From NCBI RefSeq assembly GCF_009914755.1, contig NC_060943.1: 64,000 nt of DNA; one strand, written 5' to 3'. The notes beneath the pieces were generated by a model, which saw only the letters and a program-made list of their open reading frames with translations, was not told the DNA's origin and did not search any database. Below are positions 15,330-31,950 of the stretch, piece after piece. This stretch comes from the human T2T-CHM13v2.0 reference genome, Homo sapiens. The position numbers and the translations under genes are program-made. Positions within the stretch are counted from its first letter, which is position 1, and the number at the start of each line of letters is the position of its first letter.

Positions 15330-16960
15330 CCCAATGGACGACAGGAGCTGCTTTCGGCAGCCAATGGCGTGGAGGTTTCCGTGCTGCCAGAGGGGGCGGG
15401 GTCAGAGGCAAGGCCCAGAGTGTGCAGCCAGCCGGAGCTCCCACGTGAGCAGGCGCAGGAGGTTGAAGACCACGCTGGCTTTGCGGCACCGAGGCGAGTC
15501 CTGGAGCCAGGGAGGGAGGGCAGCGGGGCTAAGCCAGGCTCTTCCCCCCGCCCCCGGAATCCCCCTCCAGTCCCGCTGCTCGCAGCCTCAGTCCCGTCCT
15601 TGTCAGCCTCGCCTGGTCCTCCCTGCGGGCTAACCCTGTATTGCCTGTTGCACTCACCGCTCTCCGGGGTTTGTGACGCCTCTTCTGGGCCCCGGGGACC
15701 TTCCTGGAGGAGCCTGGCCGTGCCAGCTCAAGCTGGAGGTGGGACATGAGGCAAATGGAAAAGGCGAAGGACGAAGCCCCTCTCTGCATCTGCCCGTGGC
15801 CCTCCCAGCCGCAGACTCGAGCCCGGATTTCAGGACACCCAGAGGACCCGACTCCGGTCTGGATGGGTTTTTCCGCTAAGCAGGACAGATTGGCAAAGCG
15901 CTGGGGCTCGCCGTGGGCCTGAGGATGCAGAGAAGCTGGCGGGGGAGAGGGGCGGCGGGGCGCGGCCGTCACTCACGCAGGCCGCCACATCCCTCCCCGC
16001 GGCCGCCAGCAGCTCCAGGATCGGGCCGGCGCCGGGGAGCAGCTCCGAGCGGTGCAGGCCGCTGAGCACTGCCTGGGCGTCCGCGATGCCCCGGGCCACG
16101 TGGCGGAGCCGAGCGCAGGACTGCGGGGACGAGAGGGCGTTAGAGCGGGCCGCGCCCGGGCCATGCCTCTCCCGCCCACTCCCGGGCCTCACCGATGGCC
16201 GCGGAGGATCCCTCCTGGGGCGGAAGGAGCAGTTGCGCTGCCCCCAGCTCAGCGCCTCTTCCTCCTGCGGGACAAGCGGCGCTTATCGCATACGGCTAGG
16301 CCCCCTCGCCAGGGCCCCTAACCTCTGCACAGTCTGGGATTCCTGGACGTGGATGGGTACTGGCAGCGCACGGTCGTGCCTGTCGTGTACTGAACCAGGG
16401 AGCTCCCCGAAGGCGCGAACCAGGGTTGAATTGCACTCCGCGCTCCCCCAGCAAAGCCCCTCGCCCCGACCTGGAGCCGAGTCCTCCCGGCAGGGCTCCC
16501 TTCTGTGATTGACCCTGAGCCTGCGTTCGCGCTGACGACGGGGACTGCGGGGGTCTCGTGGTGGGAATTGTGGGCGCTGACATAGGAGAGGCGCCTGCTG
16601 GGCGCTAGGACGCAGGACCCCTTGGGACAGGAACGGGTGTATGGGAACCCGGTGGGGCCAGGGTCCCAGGGGGCACAGGGGCTGGGCGGTGACTTACGTA
16701 GCGGTCCCTCAGCGCCTTGGCAGCCGCCAGCGTCCGGGGCTCCAGCGAGCGGTAGTGCGAGAGCAGGCAGCGCCGGGGGGCCTTCTGCGATCACCGTGCA
16801 CAGGACCCACAGCCCCGCGGCCACTGCGGCCCAGACACTCGGCCGCATCTCTGCTTCTGCAGCAGGCGAGAGACGTCAGGGAAGCCAAAGAGAGGGTCCA
16901 GCGCGTCCAGCCCCCCGCCTTGGGTTAGGATCCCAGGGAAGGCAATGCTCGGAGCGTGAA
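15330..16960. other. CpG island over the IFNL4 gene body
   Basis: Visibly GC- and CpG-dense compared with the flanks (not computed). Confidence 0.8.
15402..16848 (-). pseudogene. IFNL4: Interferon lambda-4, polymorphic pseudogene allele (TT frameshift at 16783-16784). Exons 16848-16698, 16264-16193, 16120-15977, 15732-15658, 15500-15402
   Basis: Starts MRPSVWAAVAAGLWVLCTVIA and then shifts frame (GCAGAAGGCCCC instead of GCAGCGGCCCC). Exon 1 is 151 nt instead of 150. Downstream exons encode EEEALSWGQRNCSFRPRRDPPRPS / SCARLRHV...DVAAC / LELARPG...PRRA / DSPRCRKASVVFNLLRLLTWELRLAAHSGPCL*, i.e. 179 aa once the extra base is removed. Confidence 0.97.
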
Positions 16961-17148
16961 GGCACAGCACACACAGTGGGAGAGAGAGTGGGAGCCGGCC
17001 CCCTCCTCGCCTTGGCCTCTGCCCTCACTCCTGTCTGCAGTGCACCCTCTGTGCCTCGTGCTGCAGCAGGTGCTGCCGTCCACTGTCCCCTGGGAGGCGT
17101 CCAGAGCCGTCTCCACCTGGGCAACAGTGCCTCGACGGTCCATGCTGG

Positions 17149-17194
17149 CTTTTATGCGCAGGGCTGAGAATGGGGTTTGCAGCCGGGCTTTCCC
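17149..17194 (-). promoter_or_regulatory. IFNL4 core promoter: TATA-like CATAAAAG (17156-17149) and kB-like GGGCTTTCCC (17185-17194)
   Basis: Same kB decamer as the IFNL2/3 promoters, ~300 nt upstream of the ATG. Confidence 0.6.
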
Positions 17195-18202
17195 GTCCAG
17201 GGCAAGCTTTCCCAACATCAGAGCTGGCCCCAGGCCTCTGGGATCCCAGTCGGGTGTGAGGACTTCAACCCGAGGTTGGCCTGTGCCCGGGATGGCTGCC
17301 CTCCAACACTCGGTTTCCAAATTGTCTCTGTCCCTGTTTCTACTGTCTGTTTCCTCTTTCTTTGCTTCACCCTGGTTGTCTTTATCTTCGTTCTGCAATC
17401 ACAACCAGCCCTTGTGTAGTGTTGACTGTGCATCAGGCTCTCTTCTATGTAATTGACACAGACATATCATCTCATTTTTGTACCAGGGCAGCCCTGGAGG
17501 TGTAGCTGAGAAAGAGAACGCTTAATTTATTTTATTTTATTTTATTTTATTTCAGAGACAGAGTCTTGCTTTGTTGCCCAGCCTGTAGTAGTGGTGCAGT
17601 CACAGCTCACTTCAGACTCAACCTCCCAGGCTCAAGCAATCCTCCCACCTCATTCTCCATAGTAGCTGGGACTACCGGTGGGTGCCACCACCATTTTTTG
17701 TAGCAACCTGGTTTCGCCATGTTGCCCAGGTTGGTCTCTAACGCCTGAGCTCAAGACATCTGCCCGCCTCAGCCTCCCAAAATTCTTGGATTACAGGCAT
17801 GATCCATTGCACCTGGCCTCATTATTTTCTTAAACCGTTTTTTTCTAGTCTCTTTATCTATGGGTGCATTGATTAAAAGAACTGCAGATGCCCGAAAGGC
17901 CACACGAGCTTCAGGACGCTTCCTTTGCTTATTACTGGAGGAAGAAAAGGCTGGGGCAAAACAAGTGCAAACCAGACACAGTGACCCACGGTTACCTTTA
18001 GATCATTAATATATAATTATCATGGTAAACTCCCTACCCATGGAGGAAAATACGCTCACCATTTGCTGAACATACATCATATGAAGAGGCATGCTTATGA
18101 TCTGCACCTGCGTCTGGAGTTGCTCTCTGCGCATGCTTACATACCTCCCCACCCCACAGCTAACTCCTTAAAATTTCCCAGCTCCCCACAGCTGGGCGAT
18201 AA

Positions 18203-18549
<347 letters not shown>

Positions 18550-18551
18550 TA

Positions 18552-18812
<261 letters not shown>

Positions 18813-18829
18813 TTAGCTGGGCATGGTGG

Positions 18830-19873
<1,044 letters not shown>

Positions 19874-19934
19874 TCACCTGAGGTCAGGAGTTCGAGAGCA
19901 GCCTGACCAACATGGAGAAACCCCATCTCTACTA

Positions 19935-20093
<159 letters not shown>

Positions 20094-21808
20094 TCAAAAA
20101 AAAAAAAAGACACAAAAGGGAGGTTCTATTACCTTATTTTACAGATGGAAAACTGAGGCCCAGGAAAGTAAAGGAACTGTTCCAAGATACACAGCTAATA
20201 AATGGCAGAGGTGGGGTTTGAACCCACACACTCTGCAGTTTCAAAGCTTGTTCTCTATGCCATAACTGCCCTTATCTTTTTCAGCGTCTCCTCCTGTGTC
20301 TTGCTTTCTCTTTCTCTCTCTCTCTCTGTTCCTGTCTCTGTCTCTGGCGTGACTCCATCTTTCTTATTCATTTTTCCAACAAGCATCCTGACCCAGGTCG
20401 CTCTGTCTGTCTCAATCAATCTCTTTTTGTTTAAACATAAAATCTACTTCTTTTTCTGATAAAATTAGCCATGCATGTTCAGTGGATAAAGCTTGAAAAA
20501 TACACAAAAACATAAAAGAAAAAAAACATCACCTATAACTTCACCATCCTCCTCTCATCCCTCATCCCACTTCTGGAACAAATCGTCCCAATACATAGGA
20601 ATTTTCCATGTGTTTATTTGTGCATATGTTTTCTGACTACCAAAGTAACACTTGTTCCTTGTAAAAGATTCCATCCATACAAAAACATACAACATGGAGA
20701 GTTAAAGTAAGTCTTGTATTTCACCTCCTGGAGGTAAATATTTTTTAACAATTTGTCACTGTTCCTCCTTTTGTTTTCCTTTCTGTGAGCAATTTCACCC
20801 AAATTGGAACCATGCTGTATACAGTTTGGTAGCTGGCTTTTTATGTCTTACCATTATCTCTCATTTGCATTCTCCCACATCTTTAATTATAGCGTATCAG
20901 TTAGGGCCCAGCAGGAAACAGATGGCCCGTCAATTTAGGATAATTTGAGGTGGGGTTGATACCAGAAGCCTTTATAAAGCGATTGGATAGTAAAGGCAAA
21001 TGACAAGAGCTAGTGCAAGCTCCTGGGGCCAGCATGGGTGAGGGGCCTCATCCACAGGCCTAAAGGAAGGGGAGAGGGTTGAGGGTGTGCATGTGGTTGC
21101 CTGACTTGGGGAGGAGAGAGTCACTTAGATTTGTGGAGGAAACAGATGAATTGTGGTGGCCCAGCACAGGGAGGAGCCCTGGGGAAAAAACACCTGACCT
21201 CCTCTCCCCTCTACCTGGGGCCCAGAGTAGGTTGGAGAAGCAGGGACAGTAGATAAGGAGGGGCAAACGGAAGACATCCCCCACCCCCACACCACTATTA
21301 GAGCTTCCATTCCAGCAGGATCATTTAATAACCAACCCCTGATTGGTAGGGTGGCAGGTTTTTCATTTCCTCAACAGTGTCTTTTGCAGAGCAGAGGTTG
21401 CTTTTTGTTTTTGTTTTTTTGGACATGGTCTCAGTCTGTAGCCCAAGCTGGAGCATAGTAGTGGCACAATCGCCACTCACTGCAGCCTCCATCACCCAGG
21501 CTCAAGCCATCCTCCCACCCCAGCCTCACAAGTAGCTGGGGCGCCAGCTACCTGTAGTAGGCACGTGCCACCAGGCCCAGCTAACTTTTCTTTTTTTCCC
21601 CAGAGATGCAGTCTCACTTTGTTGGCCAGGCTGGTATGTTTCCATTCCAACATTCTTGAGATGACAAAATTATAGAAATGGAGAGCAGATTAGTGGTTGA
21701 CAGAGGTTAAGGAAGGGGTCGGATGGGAGAGGAGTGGACGTGGCTACTGAAAGGGCAACACAAGGGATCTTGTGGTATGGAGTGTTTTGTATCTTGTCTG
21801 TATCAATG

Positions 21809-22179
21809 TGATATGGTTAGGCTTTGGGTGCCCACCTAAATCTCATCTTGAATTGTAATCCCCAGGTGTTGAGGGACAGACCTGGTGGGAAGTGATTGGA
21901 TCTGATCATGGGGGTGGTTCCCCCATGCTGTCCTTGTGATAGTGAGTGAGTTCTCACGAGATCTGATGGTGTTTTAAGTATTTGGAAGTTCCTCCTTCTT
22001 TCACTGTCTCTCTCTCCTGCCACCATGTAAGAGGTGCCTGCTTTCCCTTCCATCATAATTGTAAATTTCCTGAGGCCTCCCCAACCATGCAGAACTGCAA
22101 GTCAATTAAACCTCTTTCCTTTATAAATTACCCAGTCTCAGGTAGCATCTTCATAGCAGTATAAGAATGGACTAATACA
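21809..22179 (+). mobile_element. MaLR solo LTR (THE1/MSTA-like)
   Basis: tgatatggttaggc...aatggactaataca. 5-bp TSD caatg at 21804-21808 and 22180-22184. Confidence 0.85.
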
Positions 22180-22278
22180 CAATGTCAATATTCTCTATGT
22201 GATATAATACCATGGTTTTCGCAAGATGTTACCATTGGGGGAAACTGGGTAAAGGGTACACAGTAACTCTTTGCATTC

Positions 22279-23630
22279 TTTTTTTTTTTTTTTTTTGCAC
22301 GTTTCATTTGTTTATTGATTTCCGCCTGATTACTCCAGAAGGTAATTACTTAAGATGCTTAAGATGGGTGGGGGGGTGATTTCAGCATCGCCCACCTTCA
22401 CCTGTGGGAAGACCTCCGAGCATGTACAGTAAGACACAGTCATATCTTGGGGAGCTCTCTGCAGGTGAACTGCAGGCCCCCAGCCCCATGCTGGGTAAAG
22501 TAATGAAGCAACAGCCGCTTTCCTAAGCCCGAGTGACCCAAGCTACTTCTGCGCAGGTTGTGAAACAGGGTTTAGGTTTCTCCCCTCTTGGACAAGAGGC
22601 CAGGGGTCTGCCCCATCAGCCTGCTTTCCTGGTGGGTCACGGACCATCATCACCTGGCTGGTCTGGAAGGGTTTAACCACAGCGGATCATGTGGCGACCA
22701 GAGCCGGGGCAGCTGTCAAGGGCAGCCTCCATTTCCATTCTGTCTCGTAAGCAGCCTGGGAGATGTGGGCCTAAGCTTTGGTGAGGATGAGAGTCTGTCT
22801 TGAAATTGGGCCCCACAGGGGTGAGTCCAGAGGCAGGACCGGGAAGGAAAGGTCGAAGGTCGGGCGTAACATCATTCAAAGACCAGCCACGCCCAGACCA
22901 CACCCCTGAGATGCCTTATCAGGTGAGCAGGAGGCTAAGTCAGCCGACAGTGTGGCCACACAGCCCAAGCCTGTCCTAGCAGAAGGCAGGAACCATCAGC
23001 AAATAAGTGACTTTTCCAAGAAACAAGATCTTGTTCAGAGCTGCGGCCTTGGGAGCCTTGATGTTTCAGCCATTGTGCCCTGCCTTCCTGTCTCAATGTC
23101 CAGGTCTCGAATTCCATGGTAGAATGGCCAGTGTGTGGCCTTAGTGCCGTGGCCATCTGGGGTCGGTGTGGGCTGCCCGCCTAGTGCGCCTGGGAAGCAG
23201 AAGTTTCTTTGCCTTTAGGGACAAACTTCAGCGAGCTGCTGAATATTCATTCAGAATCGGGACTGCCGCAGCTTGGGGCCATCGTTCAGGAACTTGTGGC
23301 TCAACGTGTTGCCACACTTGCACGAGACACCTTCAAGACTTCAGGATGATTGTGCTCTGGGCGCTTGGCCACGCTGTCAGAACGGATGGTCTTGGTGAAC
23401 ACCGGCCAGGGGAATGAGTATGTGTACTTTGAGCGGCTGGGAAACAGCTCATAGCCACACTTGGCACACATATAGACGCCTGGCTCAAAGTGATTCTGGA
23501 AAACCTTGCCCCCGAAGAAGCTGCAGAATGACATGGCGCCGCCAGGACCACTGTGCACTTGCCCCCTCCAACAGACCCAAGGCCGCTGACCCCATGACCA
23601 CTGGGACCCGCGCCCACCTCCCTGCACCTC
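22279..23630 (-). pseudogene. MSRB1P1: Processed pseudogene of methionine-R-sulfoxide reductase B1 (selenoprotein R/X)
   Basis: Intronless [31 protein letters not shown]... from the ATG at 23534. Frameshift near VSC/G, former Sec TGA at 23253-23251, old stop at 23183-23181, AATAAA at 22316-22311, poly(A) at 22296-22279. Candidate TSD ctctttgcatt at 22267-22277 and 23643-23653. Confidence 0.93.
22638..22700 (-). promoter_or_regulatory. Degenerate SECIS element in the MSRB1 pseudogene 3'UTR
   Basis: Minus strand reads CATGATCCGCTGTGGTT-AAA-CCCTTCCAGACCAGCCAGGTGATGATGG: an AUGA core, ~12-nt stem, apical AAA and a 3' GA. Confidence 0.7.
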
Positions 23631-23712
23631 CCAAGAACCTATCTCTTTGCATTATTTCTTACAATTGCACGTGAATCCACAATTATGTCAAAGTAAAAAC
23701 TCTAATTAAAGC

Positions 23713-23861
23713 AATCATACAGACATATTTCCTTGGGAAATATGATTTCCTAAATCATGATTTCCTAAATATGATTTAGGAATATGATTCCTAAATATGA
23801 TTTCCTAAATATGATTTCCTAAATATGATTTCCTAAATCATACAGACATATTTCCTTGGGA
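23713..23861. repeat. 14-bp unit (AAATATGATTTCCT) mini-array flanked by a 26-bp direct duplication
   Basis: About 7 units between two copies of aatcatacagacatatttccttggga (23713-23738 and 23836-23861). Confidence 0.9.
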
Positions 23862-23916
23862 GCTATACATGCATTATGCAAATATATAAAATATGGATAA
23901 TATATAAAATGTTTAG

Positions 23917-24207
<291 letters not shown>

Positions 24208-25334
24208 TAGCCACCACACCTGGCTAATTTTTGTATTTTTAGTACAGATGGGGTTTCACCACGTTGGCCAGGCTGGTCTCGAACTCCTGACCTCAGGCAA
24301 TCTGCCTGCCTCAGCCTCCCAAAGCACTGGGATTACAGGCATGAGCCACTGCGCCTGGCCGTATTTTAATTTCTTACAAGGAGAATGAATTCTGCCTAAC
24401 TAAACAGTAAAACAAACAAACTCACTGGATATGAGGGAAATGGTAGCTCACTGCTTCTTCAGTTGCTGGTCGGGTAGATCATTTGTGAGACTTTCTTAAA
24501 AAGTACATTAATCCAATTTCTAGAGCTTCTCTTTTTGTTTTTTTGAGACAGAGTCTCGCTGTGTCACCCAGGATGGAACTCAGTGGTGAAATCTCAGCTT
24601 ACTGCATCCCAGGTACAAGCAATCCTGCTACCTCAGCCTCCCAAGTAGCTAGGATTACAGGCACCCACCATCACACCTAGCTAATTTTTGTGTTTTTAGC
24701 AGAGACGGGGTTTCGCCATGTTGGCCAGGCTGGCCTGGCACTCCTGACCTCAAGTGATCCACCCACCTTGGCCTCCCAAAGTGCTGGGATTACAGGTGTG
24801 AGAGTCCCTGCACCAGGAGAGACTGGCCTCTAGAGCTTCTGATAATGGCTTTGTAAAACGTTGTCCTTATCCTCTGCCACTTTGCTGCTGTGTGGGTGTT
24901 CACTGACCCCTCCTGATCTGCACCTCTGAGGCTTGCCTGCCCTCTTGCTTATGGTTGGTGTTTAGCCAGTGGAGGTGCTGGCAGGAGATTGAGGGAGGGC
25001 AGAGAGCAAGGTGGGGGTGTTTATTCTCCTATTTGCTGGCTGCCCCCTGCAAGTCTGGAGTTAGACAGTGGCCGTGATCCTCTATCTACAGCCACAGTCT
25101 TTGTCCTGTCATGCCTAGGAGTGCTAACAGCTCCCCCTGTTACTTGCCTCTGGGTGCACCACCACCTCTTGTGTCTTCCTTAACCCTGCCCACTTTTCCC
25201 GTGCTTAAATGTTCAAGTAGGTCATCTACTTCCTGAAGATTTCTATTTTTTTTCCCCTGAGTTTTCTTAATAGAAATGTTTGAGACTGAGGTCATTAAAG
25301 ACTCACATGCTGCTATAAGCAAAAATTCAGGCTA

Positions 25335-25496
<162 letters not shown>

Positions 25497-25507
25497 TCAA
25501 CTACTCA

Positions 25508-25657
<150 letters not shown>

Positions 25658-25861
25658 TTATCCAGTTTCCCCCAATGGTAATATCTTACAAAATGCTAGT
25701 CCAATACCGCAGCCGGATATTGACATTAATACAGTCCACCCATCTTATTCAAATATCCCCAGTTTTACTTGCATTGAGTGTGTTTGTGTATTCTTGTGTG
25801 TGTGTTTAGTCATACAGTTTACTGTATACAATTTAGTTATATAATTTCATCACATGCTTAG

Positions 25862-26176
<315 letters not shown>

Positions 26177-26506
26177 TGATCTGCCTGCCTCGGCCTCCCA
26201 AAGTGCTGGGATTACAGGCGTGAGCCACCGCACCTGGCCCTTTTTTATAACCACACCCACCTTCCTCCCTCCACCATCTTTCCCTAACTCCTTGAAACAA
26301 CTAATTTATTCTCCACTTTCAAATTTTTCTCATTTGAAAAATGTTATATAGCCCAGGTGCAGTGGCTCATGCCTGTAGTCCCAGCACTTTGGAAGGCTGA
26401 GGTGGGAGGATCACTTAGAGCCCAGGAATTTGAGACCAGCCTGGACAATATAGGGCAACCCTGTCTCTACAAAAAATACAAAAATTAGCCAGGCACGGTG
26501 GCATGT

Positions 26507-27473
26507 TGTAGAGTCTAGCCCCAATGGCCTGTGGGTTTTTTCTTTGTGTGCAGAGACGAGAGATTGTAGGAAAATAAAAACACGAGACAAAGAGATAGAA
26601 GGAAAGACAACTGGGCCCAGGGGACCACTGCCACCAATGTGCGGAGTCTGGTAGTGGCCTCAAATGCCTGGACGCACTGCTATTTATTGTATACAAGGCA
26701 AGGAGGCAGGGTAAGGAGTATGAGTCATGTCAAGTGATTGATAAGGTCACGTGAGTCACGTGTCCACATGACAGGGGGCCTTTCCCTTTGTGGTAGCTGA
26801 GGCGGAGAGGGAGGACAGCATACGTCAGCATTTTTTCTATGCACTTATCAGAAAGATCAAAGACTTTAATACTTTCACTAATTCTGTTACTGTTATCTTC
26901 TAAGAACTCAAAAAGAGGAGCCAGGTGTACAGGCGGAACATGAAAGTGGACAAGGAGCGTGACCGTTGAAGCACAGCACCATGGGGAGACGTTTAAGCCT
27001 CCAGATGACTGCGGGCAGGCCTGGCTAATGTCAGGCCTCCCACAAGAGCTGGTGGAGCAGAGTGTTCTCTAACTCCCCCAGGGAAAGGGAGACTCCCTTT
27101 CCCGGTCTGCTAAGTAACGGGTGCTCTCCCAGGCACTGGCGCTACCGCTAGACCAAGGAGCCCTCAAACGGCCTTTATCCGGGCGTGACAGAGGGCTCAC
27201 ACTCTTGTCTTTTGGTCACCTCTCACAGTGTCCCTTTAGCCCTGACTCTGTACGGCCTGTTTTCTCCTAGGTTATAATTATAAAACAGAAATTACTATAA
27301 TAATAAAACAAAGAGTAATACTACAAACTAATGATTGATAATATTCATATATAATCATATCTATATCCTATTTCTAGTATAACTTTTCTTATTATAATTA
27401 TTTTCTTTATTATACTGGAACAGCTTGTGCCTTCAGCCTCTTGCCTCGGCACCTGGATGGCTTGCCGCCCACA
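26507..27473 (-). mobile_element. ERVK-class solo LTR (LTR13-like), 967 bp, inserted into an Alu
   Basis: TG...CA termini; minus strand starts TGTGGGCGGCAAGCCATCCAGGTGCCGAGGCAAGAG. 6-bp TSD gcatgt at 26501-26506 and 27474-27479. Confidence 0.8.
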
Positions 27474-27613
27474 GCATGTGCCTGTGGTCTCAGCTACTCT
27501 GGAGGCTGAAGTGAGAGGATTGCTTGAGCCCAGGAGGTCAAGGCTGAAGTGAGCCATGATTTTGCAACTGCACTCCAGCCTAGGTGACAGGGCAAGACTC
27601 TCAACTTTAAAAA

Positions 27614-27614
<1 letters not shown>

Positions 27615-27659
<45 letters not shown>
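27615..27659. repeat. (TG)~22 microsatellite
   Basis: Read directly. Confidence 0.92.
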
Positions 27660-27662
<3 letters not shown>

Positions 27663-28538
27663 ATAATGAAGTAGTATGTAACCTTCTGGGATGGGCTTTT
27701 TTCACTCAGCATAATTCTCTGGATATTCATCCAAGTTGTTGCATGTATCAATAGTTCATTCCTATTTGATGGTATATATTTGCCAGAATTTGTGTAATCA
27801 TGCACCTTTTGGAGGACAACTGGGCTTTGTAGTTTGGGCTATTACAAATAAAGTTGCTGTGATCATTTGCAAAGCAAATAACTATGTTATTGCATGGACA
27901 TAGGTTTCCATTTCTCTGGAATAAATATCCAGGCATACCATTCTGGGCCAACTAGGAGTTGCATATTTAGTTTTACAGGAAACTACTGAACTGTGTTTCA
28001 GAATGGCTGCACCATTTTTCCATTCCCACCAGCAATGTATGAGTGATCCAGTTCCTAGATCATTTTTGAGTTATACTCACAAATAAATGTTCTCCAAAGC
28101 TTTTTATTATTTCTTAAATTCCTGAAGTAGTGTTTCTAACAGACTAGGGGTCTCAAGCAGTGGATCACAAGACACATTTCTATTGGGACAGCATTAAATT
28201 GAATTTTTTATTGCACATAACCTGCTCTGTGGTGGTCAGAGCTGGATCACTGATTGTCAATAATTTGCATCTGGCGCTTTCCTCCAACCAATCTATGACA
28301 CTCCGTTCTTTCTGCCATTACTAATTTTCCTTCTAGTTCTTCAGTCTTTGGACATATATAATTTTATTTCGGCCTCATGGTATCTATCAGTTAGGACACT
28401 TTTGGTTGTAAATAACCAAAAACTCAACTCATGCTGGCTTGAACACTGGAGAATTTTTGAGCTTACAAAACTGAGAAGCCTAGGGTTAGTGGTGAGGCTT
28501 CAGGTTAAGTTTGATCTAGCAGCTTAAGACATGAGTAA

Positions 28539-28802
<264 letters not shown>

Positions 28803-29899
28803 TGATCTGCCTGCCTCGGCCCCAAAGTTCTGAGGTTACAGGCATGAGCCACGGCACCCAGCCTCAGTTTGTTTGCTTGTTTGTTTTTAAATATTTCAGG
28901 TCTCCCTTATGCTGATGAGAAGCCTGTTTACTCTTGTAAATCCAACATGGGTCTAGCAGCATCCCAGGCTTCAGGCTTCAGGTTTTATTTTTCTTCAGTA
29001 GATAAAAAAAAAAAACAAAAAAACAGCATCTTTTTCCCAAGATGTTCAGGACCGAAGATCATTCTGATTGAACTGGATTAGGTCACATGCCCACCACAAA
29101 CCCAATCACTGTGGCTAAGAAGACAAACTGATGTAAATGGCTACAGCCAGATCACATACCCCATCCCAGGGATGGGGAGGGGGCTAAATCATCTTCCCAA
29201 AACTATTTAGCTCCCCAACTGAAATGGGGGATCTCAGGAAAGACTGGGGAGAGGTGATAGAAGCTTGGAAATTATATTCCATGGACACTTTTTGAAATCT
29301 TTTTTTTTTTTTTTTTTTTGAGACAGGGTCTCTCTCTGCCACCCAGGCTGGAGTGCAGTGGCACAATCTCGGCTCACTGCAACCTCCCCATCCCTGGATC
29401 AGGCAGTTCTCCTGCCTCAGTCCCCTGAGTAGCTGGGATTACAGGTACGTGCCACCTGACCAGCTAATTTTTTTATTTTTAGTAGAGACGGGGTTTCACC
29501 ATGTTGGCCAGGCTTTGCTGGTTCTTAAAACCTCTATGCCTTTGAATAGGAAAATATGCACTGGCAAACCATAAAATAATTTTCTCATACTCATGCTGAG
29601 GAAGACATATAACCATGAAAAACAGTCACTACTTACCCATAATTATCAATATTTATATAAACCTAATTAGAATTAATTAAAAGTGGTCTCAAGTAGGAAG
29701 CGTGCCTGACTTACTCAAAACATACCTAGGGCTGGGTGCAGTGGCTCACACTTGTAATCCCAACACTTTGGGAGGCCAAGGCAGGAGGATCGCTTGAGGC
29801 CAAGAGTTTGGACCAGCCTGGGCAACATACTGAGATCCTGTCTCTACAAAAAATTTAAACACTAGCTGGCATGGTGGTGCATGCCTATAGTCTCAGCTA

Positions 29900-30040
<141 letters not shown>

Positions 30041-30866
30041 TCAGTCATACAGATGAGAGATGGCAGAGTATTGCCAATAATAACCCAGGGAGCCTGGGAT
30101 CAAATCCCCATTTCACACCTACAAGCTGTGTGAGCTCGTGTTTCATTCATAACCTCTCTGTGCCACCGTTCTTTCTTCTACAAAATGTCAGCCAATAACC
30201 AGTCAACTACCTAACAGTTGCTGGGGAGAAAAAAAAAAAAACAGATATTTACATGAGAAGAGCTTAGAATGGAGCCAGGAAGTGCTGAGTATATATTAGC
30301 TATATATATATATATATACACACACAAAACAGTAGTTGAGAAAAACATGTCTGTAATTCCAATTTTCAACAGCAAACTAACAATACTTTATTAAGTGGTA
30401 AACAAATAAATATTATATTCATATAACAATATGAAAGCCAGAGATAGCTCGTCTGAGACACAGATGAACAAAAACCAGAGAGAGGGGGCCAGGTGCAGTG
30501 GCCCACACCTGTAATCCCAGTGCTTTGAGAGGCCAAGGTGGGATGACAGCTCGAGGCCAGGAATTTAAGACCAGCCTGGGCAACAGAGTGAGACCCCCAT
30601 CTCTACAAAAAAAAAAATAGAAGAATTATCTGGGCATGGTGGTGGGTGCCTGCAGCTCCAGCTGCTTAGGGACTACTTAAAGCTGAAGCAGGAAGATCCT
30701 TGGAGCCCACAGGATTGAGGTTACAGTGAACTGTCATCTCACCACCACACTCCAGGCTGGGCCCAGAGACAGTGAAGCCCTGTCTCTAAAAAAGAAGAAA
30801 GAAAAGAAAAGACAAACAAACAAACAAACAAAAAAAAAAACAGAAGAGAAGGGGGAGTATTCAGGG

Positions 30867-31950
<1,084 letters not shown>

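Larger units (their letters stand above)
10007..17315 (-). repeat. Left arm of an inverted segmental duplication (IFNL3+IFNL4)
   Basis: Reverse complement of ~32215-41287 apart from two large indels. Sharp outer edge at gtcagcagagc (10007 / 41287). Confidence 0.93.

Noticed and set aside
14972-15448. 158-aa antisense ORF duplicated at 34036..34512
   Set aside because: The identity is explained by arm homogenisation; no recognisable domain; antisense to the IFNL4 3'UTR
16318-16848. 176-aa ORF starting at the IFNL4 ATG
   Set aside because: It is the frameshifted exon 1 running into intron 1; its similarity in length to 179-aa IFN-lambda4 is coincidental
16925-17143. Possible uORF MDRRGTVAQ... 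upstream of IFNL4, also present at IFNL4P1
   Set aside because: The ATG is only ~6 nt downstream of the TATA-like box, so it is probably upstream of the TSS; the conservation reflects the duplication
23739-23835. CRISPR-like repeat array
   Set aside because: Human DNA, tandem units with no unique spacers, no cas genes
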